This document shows positions 44,149-55,500 of a stretch of 64,000 nt of DNA, one piece after another; positions within the stretch are counted from its first letter, which is position 1; the number at the start of each line of letters is the position of its first letter. The position numbers and the translations under genes are program-made. The notes under the pieces are model-generated. The model was not told the origin of the DNA. It saw only the letters and a list, made by a program, of their open reading frames with translations, and did no database searches. Source of the stretch: Octopus vulgaris (taxonomy: Eukaryota); NCBI GenBank assembly GCA_951406725.2, contig OX597838.1:16678001-16742000 (forward strand). The letters are read 5' to 3'.

Positions 44149-45508
44149 CATGAAGTCACAACAAGTAAGTACTTCAGGCAGATAGTACTTTATGCAGAAT
44201 TGTTAACACATCGAAAAACATGCTTATTGGCATTTCTTGCAGAACCTTTATCTTGTGTGTTCAAATTTTGCTAAGGTCACTTTTGCCTTTGACCCCTTCA
44301 GAGTTGATAAAATAAGTACCATTTGAGTACTGGGATCAATGTAATTGACTAGCCCCCTTCTACGAAATTTCAGATCTTGTGCCTATTAGTAGAGGAAGAA
44401 TTATTATTCAGTGGCTTGGCTGAATCAGTAGAACATCAGTCAGAATACTTTGCTGCTTGCTGTGTTCGTTTTAGTTTTCTGAATCCTGAGTTCAAATTCC
44501 GCCATAGTCACATTATAGGGTAGGAGTTTAGCAGAATCATTAGAACATCAGCCACCAAGCCTTTCAATATTTGTTCTGGATCTTTTACATTCTGAGTTCA
44601 AATCCCACCTAAATCAACCCTGTCTTTCATCTTTTGGGATCTGATAAAATAGAGTCCCAGTCAAATACAGGGTGGAGTGGGGGGTAATTTATTCAATTGT
44701 CTCTTCCCCCCCAAATTTTTTATCTTTTACTTGCTTCAGTCATTGGACGGCAACCATGCTGGGGCACCGCCTTAAGGGGTTTGGTCAAACAAATCAACCC
44801 CAGTACTTATTTTTTTAAGCCTGGTATTTACTCTGTTGGTTTCTTTCACTACATCACTAAGTGTAAGGGACGTAAACAAACCAATACCAGTTGTCATGCT
44901 GTGGTGGGATAGAAGAACAACACGGAAACACTCACAAATACATGTATATACATACATACATACATACATACATACATACATGCATACATATATACATACA
45001 TATATATATATTTATTTATTTATCCTTTTTCTTTTACTTGTTTCAGTCTGTGGCCATGCTGGGGCACCACCTTGAAGTATTTTTAGTCAAATGAATTGAC
45101 TCCGGTACTTAGTTTTTTTTTTTAAAGCCTGGTACTTATTCTATTGGTCTCTTTTGCTGAACTACTAAGTTTCAGGATCATTTAAAGGACGATGACCAAA
45201 ACAAGATGCTTTCCTTCATGACTTTGCTACCAGGAAGATGGCTCATCAAAATTTACTCTAAATTAAAAATAGAAAGAGAACACACAGACACACACACACA
45301 CACAAACATACCAACACCAGTTGTCAAGTGGTGATGAGGGACAAACATAGACACAGAGACACACACACACAAATATACATATATACACAGACATGACAGA
45401 AGTAAATAGACATCCTTATACTCATTAAAATTGATTTAAATCTGAAATTATTACATTCAAATTATTTATTCATTGTTATAATGTGAATATTTAATATTTA
45501 GTAGACAT

Positions 45509-45925
45509 AAGGCAGCAAGCTGGCAGAAACGTTAGCGCACCGGGCAAAATGCTTAGCGGTATTTCATCTGCCGCTATGTTCTGAGTTCAAATTCCGCCGC
45601 GGTTGACTTTGCCTTTCATCCATTCGGGGTTGATTAAATAAGTACCAGTTATGCACTAGTGTCGATATAATCGACTTAATCCCTTTGTCTGTCCTTATTT
45701 GTCCCCTCTATGTCTAGCCCCTTGTGAGCAATAAAGAAATAAGAAACGTTAGCATGGTGGGCAAAATGCTTAACAGTATTTCATCTGTCTTTATGTTCTG
45801 AGTTCAAATTCCACCGAGGTTGACTTTGCCTTTCATCCTTTCAAGGTTGGTAAATCAAGATTAGATAATCGACTGCCCTGCCATCCTCCAAAATTTCAGG
45901 CTTTGTGCCTAGAGTAGAAAAGAAT
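45509..45925 (+). mobile_element. SINE family B dimer with two different 3' tails
   Basis: First copy ends GCCCCTTGTGAGCAATAAAGAAAT; second starts AGAAACGTTAGC and ends AAATTTCAGGCTTTGTGCCTAGAGTAGAAA. Confidence 0.85.
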
Positions 45926-45927
45926 AT

Positions 45928-46140
45928 TTAGTAGACATACCCTTTGCATTTTTCAATGCAAGGACCCCTATTAGGCATGTTTTTGATCAGATGATGAATA
46001 GTCTCTTGTAAAATTTCTTGCCAAGTTTTATGCAGTAATCTCAAAGTTTCTGGTTTTGAAGATGCTTTCTTGTTCTTTTTATGCAGTGTTCTGTCCATTA
46101 TATCCCAGAGGTGTTTGATAGGGTTCATATCTTGGCCATG
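45928..46140 (-). pseudogene. Tc1-like transposase C-terminal fragment
   Basis: QDMNPIKHLWDIMDR...W...LIKNMPNR...KG matches the Tc1 SPDLNPIEHLW...SMPxR...KG pattern. Confidence 0.8.
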
Positions 46141-47069
46141 GAAGCTTTTTAATGCCATTCTCATCCAGCCCGAGGCTATAGTGGGAGAAACTTGCCTAAG
46201 GTGTCAAGCAGTTGGACTGAACACAGAACCATATGGTTGGAGAGCAAACTTTTTACTACACAGCCATGCCTGCACCCAAAAACAATAATAATAGTCCTTT
46301 CTACTAAGGTACAAGGCCTGGAATTTTGTGGGGATGGGACTACTCAATTAAATTGGCCCCAGTGCTCTACTGGTCTTATTTTTCTGACCCAAACAGGATG
46401 AAAGACAAAGTCGACGTTGACGGAATTTGAACTCAGAACATGAAGACAGATGAAATACCGCCAAGCATTTTGCCCAGCATGCTAATGATTCTGCGAGCTT
46501 GCCACCTTAATGATGATGATGATGATGATATTAACAACAAAAATAATATATATATATATATATACATGACAGGCTTCCACACGATTTCTATCTATCAAAT
46601 TCCCTCACAAGGCCTGGGGATATAACAGACAACAGTTACCCAAGGTGCTGCAGAATGGGACTGAGCCCAAAACCACATGGCTGCAAAGCAAGATTCTTAA
46701 CCACACATCTATACCAGTGCCTAATAGCCATTAGGTCTAATATGAAATTGTTAATATTGTTGTTGTTTTTTTGAGTTCCACCTTACCAATTATAAGGAAA
46801 CAATGTGATCTTTTCCCTACTTCACTTATGTGAATAATTGGCAGCCTGAAACTTGGAGTTACAATTCAAGCCTCAGCTTTACATAAAATATACATACTCT
46901 ACTTTTTGTATTGAGTACAGATTTCTTTATTCCTGAAAGTTCATCAGTTAATACATTCATACATGTATGTGTGTATGTATTTGGATATGTATGTATATAT
47001 TTATGTCTACATGTATCTACTGTGATGAACCTAGAAATAAACATACAAAACACCTAAGGGTATATTTTA

Positions 47070-47143
47070 CCCTCTGAAGAGATTATACTCAGAAATATGA
47101 ACTTAATATTTAATTTCAGTGTATAATTGAAACAGCTGTAAGG
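47070..47143 (+). ncRNA. Type I hammerhead ribozyme motif
   Basis: Stem I CCT/AGG; CTGAAGA 47074-47080; stem II GATTATAC/GTATAATT; GAAA 47129-47132; palindromic stem III ACAGCTGT; GUA triplet, predicted cut after 47140. Confidence 0.75.
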
Positions 47144-47556
47144 AATAATGATCGATTTGTTGCTGATAATAACTTCTTATTAACTTCACAATCTCCATTT
47201 TCTTATTCTTTATATGAATATAAATTTCTTCCTTTATATGAATATAAACTACAGTTTTTATACACACCTATTATTTTAAGGAACTCAGTACCCCACTCCC
47301 AAATATTAGCCATTGAACCAGTACTTCCTTGGATGACACCATCCCTTCATGAGGCTAACATGACCTCTAATTGAATTCTATTATTTGTAATTGCTCAACC
47401 AGTTCATATATAAATACCTGAAATTTATAAAACAAGCCAAGAGGAGACATCTAACTCATTTGACTTAAACTGTTATTGTAGTTGTTCAGAATCAGAGCAG
47501 TGGCCATCATGTTATTTCATATATCAGAGACTACATTTTCAATGTGTCCTTCTAAT

Positions 47557-47760
47557 CGTACGCTGATGACGGGTCAAGACCCAGAAACTGCGGTCTGTGC
47601 GTATCACTTAGGTTGATGAGGGAAGGATGACCTCCCTTTGCAAATACCGACAGGGCACAGAAAGTGTGTCAATAGCCAGCTGGAGGCGATGTTCTCCTGG
47701 GGCTACAAGCTACAGTAACACCCACCCTTAGTGGTTAGCCATATTGAGATGGCAAATATA
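47557..47760 (+). ncRNA. Hammerhead motif followed by a multi-hairpin structured segment (copy 2)
   Basis: CGTACG-CTGATGA(47563-47569)-C-GGGTC AA GACCC-A-GAAA-C TGCG GTC-TGTGCG; GUC triplet ends 47595; downstream TAGCCAGCTGGAG...CTCCTGGGGCTA hairpin shared with 21128-21328. Confidence 0.7.
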
Positions 47761-48094
47761 CCTCACATTGTTGTGCAGTTACTGTTTATACCTCGTTCAG
47801 AGATTTATTACTTCTAATTTTCATTATTAAACAATACAGCAGTATTTCACCAGTCACTATGTTCTGAGTTTAAATTCTGTTGAGGTTGATTTTGCCTTTC
47901 ATCCTTTTAGGGTCGATAAATTAAGAACCAGTGAAAACACTGTCCTCTCCCCACAAATTTGCGCCTCCAGTAGAACGGATTAAAACAATGGTTTTTAACC
48001 CTTTGTTTCCTATTTTACTTGGACATACCCTTCTAGTCATTTGATGCTTAGAAAAATCCTGTTATATTTTTACAATTAGATATTGTTCAGAATA

Positions 48095-49013
48095 TGTAAG
48101 TATTAAAACAGTGACCTTTGAGCTGCGTTTTCATCTTGGAAAAGAGATGGAAGTCCACAGGGGTTAAAAATTGATACCATGTTGTTTTTAGCAAGAAACT
48201 CATCAGTGAGGAGAACTTGATGACAGGGTGCTTTGTCATCATGAAGAATCCAATTCCTTGTGCTCCACATCTCCGGTCGCTTTCACCAAATGTCCTCCCT
48301 CTGATGTTTCAAAACATTACAGTATAACTCTTGATTCATGGTTTGGCCCTGGGGGAATGAATTCTCAATGCACAATACCACATTTCCAAGGATGAGACTC
48401 GTGGTATGTCTTCCAGATCGCTCATCGTCTTCCAGGAATGTTCTTTCACTTTTGAAGCACCCATGCCGTTTGAAACATAGCATATGACCCATTGCCTCAT
48501 CGCTGTAAGCTTGCTGAAACATGCCCAATGTCCCCATAGTAGACTTCCCAAGTTTAACCCTTTCGTTACTGTATTTATTTTGAGATGCTCTGTGTTTCTT
48601 TCAATTACTTTAAATATAATAAAGAATTTAGTAAAATAACTTAGTTATCATTCAGCTAGAGTTAGGAACATAAATTGTGACTAAAGTTTGGTGGAAGATT
48701 TTAATTCAAAACTTATGAAAACAAGACATTTGTACTCAGAGCCAGATCTGGTTTCGGCTGGGTTGGTAACGAAAGAGTTAATGCAAAATTTCAACACTGG
48801 CTCTTTGTTCCTGTCCCTGATAAAAATCACAGACTACAGCACACATGTAATCCCAAAGACAAATTTCACAACTTGCGAAATAAACACAGTGACGTCACTC
48901 GATACACGGCCTCATGAAGGTAACTGCTAGCTCTCCACTGCACACACATCTATGTGCAGCCATCTGTTGGCACGCTACAGAACAAGTCCAGGAACTTTTT
49001 GATGCCACCTCAT
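48095..49013 (-). pseudogene. Internally deleted mariner transposase relic, interrupted by a TTAA MITE
   Basis: QQAYSDEAM...FKSERTFLEDDERSGR (HTH), PQGQTMNQELYCNVLK, WILHDDKAPCH, DFHLFSKMKTQLKG; TIR-like TATGAGGTGGCATCAAAAAGTT ending ~49013. Confidence 0.85.
48554..48781. mobile_element. piggyBac-type MITE with TTAA target duplication
   Basis: TTAA-CCCTTTCGTTAC ... GTAACGAAAGAG-TTAA; inverted homologue at 19171-19400. Confidence 0.85.
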
Positions 49014-50408
49014 AAAAGGATATAATAAGGCAGTGATGTAGCTGAATCATTAAAGTGCCAGGCAAAAGGCTTAGAAACATTTCATCCATCTTTATGTTCA
49101 GTGTTAAAATTCTGCCAAGGTTGACTTTGCCTTTCATCCTTTTGGGGTCAATAAAATAAGTACCAGTCAAGCACTGGGGGTCAATGTAATTGACTTAGCC
49201 TCTTCCCTGAAACTGCTGCCCTTATACCAATAATTTGAAACCAATATAAAATTATGTAATTTGAGGAAATTTAACTACTATTTCAAGCAGGCTGAGTGAC
49301 ACATAAACCAGAGTTTGTAAGCCATTTAGTACCTGATAGCAAATTGTAACTGCTTAGTAATCTGTGGGTATACTTCTATTACGACAATGATGGTGACAAT
49401 GATAATAATGATGATGATGATGCCAAAAATATCAAATTGCTAATTTTACAAATTCATAGGTGTTCAACTTTGTAATAAGCTGACCTGGAGTCAAGAAGGC
49501 ATGTCATTTAAGAGATTGCAAATGGCAGTGAAGGAACTTCTACAAACACAACTGATTCATTGATTAATCAAATGATGCATCAAACAATCAATTAATTTGT
49601 TGCTTAAATAGCAAACCAATTGATGAATAATAAAGAAGTGAAACAGAACCAGTGTGTGTGTATGTGTTTATTACTGAAACCAATATAAAAGGATGTAATT
49701 CGAGGAAATTTAGCTACTATTTCAAGCAGATTGAGTGATTTTATTCAACACATTTCCTTCTCAGATTCACACACTTATTGCAGTAGTCCTTCAGTTTTTC
49801 CTAAGCCCTGAAAAAGAACTCAGAAGGTTGGGCCTCCAGCCAGGCCTTTAATGATACCCTAAAAACCAGGATCTTTTCAGCACCCTGTTGTAATAGGCTT
49901 GCAATTCAAACCACTACTGATATTTTATTGTATATTGCAGTAGTATAATTTATTGTTGAATTCAGTTCAGTTCACTTAATCCTCCGCCTCCTCATCATCA
50001 TCATTTAAAATCCATTTTTCCATGCTTGCATAAGTCACACAGAATTTGTAGAGGCTGATTTTCTACGTCTGGATGCCCTTCCTGTCACCAACTTTTACCT
50101 GATTCCAAGCAAGGTTATATTTCTCCACAGCCAAACACATTTTCATTGGAAGTCTGGAAATGAACAACATCGCTTGTATGACTGGTGGTGCTCATTCACA
50201 AGAGTACTTACAAACACACACAAACAAGCACACATATATTTACATATGATGGACTTCTTTCAGTTTCTGTTTACCAAATCCACACACAAGGTTTTACTCA
50301 GCCCAAAGCTATAGAAAATCTCTGCTCAAGATATCACACAGCAGGACTGAACTCCAGGACCACATGGTTAGGAAGTAAGCTTCTTAACCATACAGTTACA
50401 CCTGAACC

Positions 50409-50577
50409 CAGCGCCATCTTAAGGCACAGGCACACTGGGCAGTTGCCCAAGAGCCCCACAGGTCTAGAAGGCCCAATTCTGATCTATGCATGTTATGGTG
50501 TGCTGTTAATAAATACATACTACAGGGCCCGGTGACTGATTTGCCCAGGGGCATATAATGCTGTTAAGACAGTTCTG
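50409..50577. mobile_element. Small hAT-like MITE inserted in a SINE head
   Basis: Imperfect TIRs CAGCGCCATCTTAA / TTAAGACAGTTCTG; 8-bp flanks CCTGAACC / CCTGTGCC. Confidence 0.6.
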
Positions 50578-51145
50578 CCTGTGCCTACAATTAGAAAATA
50601 TAACATAGCATTTTGGAATGTGATCTGAGATAGAGCAGCATCATATTGTAGATACTGTAACTCTTTTTTAAAATATTTAGGAGGGGAGATATTAAAAAAA
50701 ATAAACAATATCCACTCAAACTCTTATACTATATCTCTATCCTCTCTGTGCTACTTATACTTTTTCACCAACTGTTCCCTGTAAGACCTCTCTCTGTCAC
50801 TCTGACTGTCTCTAAATTTCTCTCTCACTCCCATCTCTCTCCGCTTCCTTGTCTTACTAGGATAGCCAAGTATCTCCTCTGTAGTAAGATAGCTATCCCT
50901 GTCTGTCTTTCATACTCCAACCTATTGTCTGGCACATGGCCACTTTTCTTGGTTCCTCTCCCCATTTCAGCTGAGACGTCCTTATTTTGCAAGCTACTTT
51001 GCCACCCTACTGGTAATGGTGCCACTTAAAAAAGCGTCCTTGCTCAAATCACATAAAAAGCACCTGTGCCGACATCACATAAGAAGCAATACTAGCACCA
51101 CATAAGCACTTGTATCGGCACCACATAATAAGTATTCTTATTATG

Positions 51146-51310
51146 TGGTCTTGGATGCCCTATAAAGGATCATGTGCAATATCTCCTCTCCTAGATCATC
51201 ATTTAACGTCCGTTTTCCATGCTGGTATGACTTGGCTGTTTGAATAGGAGCTGGCAGCTGGAGGGCTGCATCAAACTCCAGTCATCTGTTTTAGCATGGT
51301 CTCTATTGCT
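51146..51310 (-). repeat. Left arm of an inverted repeat whose right arm (51631-55524) contains the 76-bp satellite
   Basis: Reverse complement matches AGCAATAGAG...TGGAGTTTGATGCAGCCCTCCAGC, one satellite-like unit, and the post-array flank GATCTAGGAGAGGAGATATTGCACATGA...TCCAAGACCA. Confidence 0.9.
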
Positions 51311-51314
51311 CTAT

Positions 51315-51550
51315 CTATGACGATTTCATCTGAATCGAAGGAGAAGGGCTTTCTCCGTCTGGATTGTGGATCCGTGGAATAAGCTGCCGGACAAGATAGT
51401 GAAGATGCCGACGACTGCTCAGTTCAAAATCTCTCTTGACTAGAAATGGCCTGAACTCTTTGTATGACCACCCTGCCTGTACATAACTCCCTGTCCCCCT
51501 ACATGGCCTTGCTCTTGCTTTTTCAGCCAATAAAAATTGAATTGAATTGA
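51315..51550 (+). mobile_element. CR1-clade LINE 3' end with (AATTG)n tail
   Basis: RFHLNRRRRAFSVWIVDPWNKLPDKIVKMPTTAQFKISLD; homologous to 30374-30773. Confidence 0.85.
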
Positions 51551-51686
51551 AAAAAAAAAAAATCTTGCCAGTGTCACATAAAAAGCACCCAGTACACTCT
51601 GTAAAGTTGTTGGCATTAGGAAGGGCATCCAGCAATAGAGACTGTGCCAAATCATATGACTGGAGTTTGATGCAGCCCTCCAGCTT

Positions 51687-54600
51687 ATCAGCTCCTATTC
51701 AAATAGCCAAGTCATACCAGCATGGAAAACAGACATTAAATGATGATGATCTGGGAGAAGAGATCAGCTCCTATTCAAATAGCCAAGTCATACCAGCATG
51801 GAAAACAGACGTTAAATGATGATGATCTGGGAGAAGAGATCAGCTCCTATTCAAATAGCCAAGTCATACCAGCATGGAAAACAGACATTAAATGATGATG
51901 ATCTGGGAGAAGAGATCAGCTCCTATTCAAATAGCCAAGTCATACCAGCATGGAAAACAGACATTAAATGATGATGATCTGGGAGAAGAGATCAGCTCCT
52001 ATTCAAATAGCCAAGTCATACCAGCATGGAAAACAGACATTAAATGATGATGATCTGGGAGAAGAGATCAGCTCCTATTCAAACAGCCAAGTCATACCAG
52101 CATGGAAAACAGACATTAAATGATGATGATCTGGGAGAAGAGATCAGCTCCTATTCAAATAGCCAAGTCATACCAGCATGGAAAACAGACGTTAAATGAT
52201 GATGATCTGGGAGAAGAGATCAGCTCCTATTCAAATAGCCAAGTCATACCAGCATGGAAAACAGACATTAAATGATGATGATCTGGGAGAAGAGATCAGC
52301 TCCTATTCAAATAGCCAAGTCATACCAGCATGGAAAACAGACATTAAATGATGATGATCTGGGAGAAGAGATCAGCTCCTATTCAAATAGCCAAGTCATA
52401 CCAGCATGGAAAACAGACGTTAAATGATGATGATCTGGGAGAAGAGATCAGCTCCTATTCAAATAGCCAAGTCATACCAGCATGGAAAACAGACGTTAAA
52501 TGATGATGATCTGGGAGAAGAGATCAGCTCCTATTCAAATAGCCAAGTCATACCAGCATGGAAAACAGACATTAAATGATGATGATCTGGGAGAAGAGAT
52601 CAGCTCCTATTCAAATAGCCAAGTCATACCAGCATGGAAAACAGACATTAAATGATGATGATCTGGGAGAAGAGATCAGCTCCTATTCAAATAGCCAAGT
52701 CATACCAGCATGGAAAACAGACATTAAATGATGATGATCTGGGAGAAGAGATCAGCTCCTATTCAAATAGCCAAGTCATACCAGCATGGAAAACAGACGT
52801 TAAATGATGATGATCTGGGAGAAGAGATCAGCTCCTATTCAAATAGCCAAGTCATACCAGCATGGAAAACAGACGTTAAATGATGATGATCTGGGAGAAG
52901 AGATCAGCTCCTATTCAAATAGCCAAGTCATACCAGCATGGAAAACAGACGTTAAATGATGATGATCTGGGAGAAGAGATCAGCTCCTATTCAAATAGCC
53001 AAGTCATACCAGCATGGAAAACAGACATTAAATGATGATGATCTGGGAGAAGAGATCAGCTCCTATTCAAATAGCCAAGTCATACCAGCATGGAAAACAG
53101 ACATTAAATGATGATGATCTGGGAGAAGAGATCAGCTCCTATTCAAATAGCCAAGTCATACCAGCATGGAAAACAGACGTTAAATGATGATGATCTGGGA
53201 GAAGAGATCAGCTCCTATTCAAATAGCCAAGTTATACCAGCATGGAAAACAGACATTAAATGATGATGATCTGGGAGAAGAGATCAGCTCCTATTCAAAT
53301 AGCCAAGTCATACCAGCATGGAAAACAGACATTAAATGATGATGATCTGGGAGAAGAGATCAGCTCCTATTCAAATAGCCAAGTCATACCAGCATGGAAA
53401 ACAGACATTAAATGATGATGATCTGGGAGAAGAGATCAGCTCCTATTCAAATAGCCAAGTCATACCAGCATGGAAAACAGACATTAAATGATGATGATCT
53501 GGGAGAAGAGATCAGCTCCTATTCAAATAGCCAAGTCATACCAGCATGGAAAACAGACATTAAATGATGATGATCTGGGAGAAGAGATCAGCTCCTATTC
53601 AAATAGCCAAGTCATACCAGCATGGAAAACAGACATTAAATGATGATGATCTGGGAGAAGAGATCAGCTCCTATTCAAATAGCCAAGTCATACCAGCATG
53701 GAAAACAGACATTAAATGATGATGATCTGGGAGAAGAGATCAGCTCCTATTCAAATAGCCAAGTCATACCAGCATGGAAAACAGACGTTAAATGATGATG
53801 ATCTGGGAGAAGAGATCAGCTCCTATTCAAATAGCCAAGTCATACCAGCATGGAAAACAGACATTAAATGATGATGATCTGGGAGAAGAGATCAGCTCCT
53901 ATTCAAATAGCCAAGTCATACCAGCATGGAAAACAGACATTAAATGATGATGATCTGGGAGAAGAGATCAGCTCCTATTCAAATAGCCAAGTCATACCAG
54001 CATGGAAAACAGACGTTAAATGATGATGATCTGGGAGAAGAGATCAGCTCCTATTCAAATAGCCAAGTCATACCAGCATGGAAAACAGACGTTAAATGAT
54101 GATGATCTGGGAGAAGAGATCAGCTCCTATTCAAATAGCCAAGTCATACCAGCATGGAAAACAGACGTTAAATGATGATGATCTGGGAGAAGAGATCAGC
54201 TCCTATTCAAATAGCCAAGTCATACCAGCATGGAAAACAGACATTAAATGATGATGATCTGGGAGAAGAGATCAGCTCCTATTCAAATAGCCAAGTCATA
54301 CCAGCATGGAAAACAGACATTAAATGATGATGATCTGGGAGAAGAGATCAGCTCCTATTCAAATAGCCAAGTCATACCAGCATGGAAAACAGACGTTAAA
54401 TGATGATGATCTGGGAGAAGAGATCAGCTCCTATTCAAATAGCCAAGTCATACCAGCATGGAAAACAGACATTAAATGATGATGATCTGGGAGAAGAGAT
54501 CAGCTCCTATTCAAATAGCCAAGTCATACCAGCATGGAAAACAGACATTAAATGATGATGATCTGGGAGAAGAGATCAGCTCCTATTCAAATAGCCAAGT

Positions 54601-55395
54601 TATACCAGCATGGAAAACAGACATTAAATGATGATGATCTGGGAGAAGAGATCAGCTCCTATTCAAATAGCCAAGTCATACCAGCATGGAAAACAGACAT
54701 TAAATGATGATGATCTGGGAGAAGAGATCAGCTCCTATTCAAATAGCCAAGTCATACCAGCATGGAAAACAGACATTAAATGATGATGATCTGGGAGAAG
54801 AGATCAGCTCCTATTCAAATAGCCAAGTCATACCAGCATGGAAAACAGACATTAAATGATGATGATCTGGGAGAAGAGATCAGCTCCTATTCAAATAGCC
54901 AAGTCATACCAGCATGGAAAACAGACATTAAATGATGATGATCTGGGAGAAGAGATCAGCTCCTATTCAAATAGCCAAGTCATACCAGCATGGAAAACAG
55001 ACATTAAATGATGATGATCTGGGAGAAGAGATCAGCTCCTATTCAAATAGCCAAGTCATACCAGCATGGAAAACAGACATTAAATGATGATGATCTGGGA
55101 GAAGAGATCAGCTCCTATTCAAATAGCCAAGTCATACCAGCATGGAAAACAGACATTAAATGATGATGATCTGGGAGAAGAGATCAGCTCCTATTCAAAT
55201 AGCCAAGTCATACCAGCATGGAAAACAGACATTAAATGATGATGATCTGGGAGAAGAGATCAGCTCCTATTCAAATAGCCAAGTCATACCAGCATGGAAA
55301 ACAGACATTAAATGATGATGATCTGGGAGAAGAGATCAGCTCCTATTCAAATAGCCAAGTCATACCAGCATGGAAAACAGACGTTAAATGATGAT
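51687..55395 (+). repeat. 76-bp tandem satellite, 48 full units plus a diverging 49th
   Basis: Unit ATCAGCTCCTATTCAAATAGCCAAGTCATACCAGCATGGAAAACAGAC(A/G)TTAAATGATGATGATCTGGGAGAAGAG; first unit starts 51687, last starts 55335 (3648 = 48 x 76). Confidence 0.98.
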
Positions 55396-55500
55396 CATGA
55401 TGATGATCTAGGAGAGGAGATATTGCACATGACCAGCATGGAAAACAGACGTTAAATGATGATCATGATGATGATCTAGGAGAGGAGATATTGCACATGA
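55365..55500 (+). repeat. 68-bp two-copy tandem duplication at the distal end of the satellite
   Basis: CCAGCATGGAAAACAGACGTTAAATGATGATCATGATGATGATCTAGGAGAGGAGATATTGCACATGA at 55365 and 55433. Confidence 0.9.

Noticed and set aside
48095-49013. Functional or domesticated (SETMAR-like) transposase
   Set aside because: Internal deletion, stop codon and MITE insertion; no SET domain.
51687-55395. CRISPR array, coding repeat, snoRNA cluster or retrozyme array
   Set aside because: No unique spacers or cas genes; 76 is not a multiple of 3 and stops are frequent; ATGATGA comes from the SINE tail with no same-strand CTGA; no hammerhead core in the unit.
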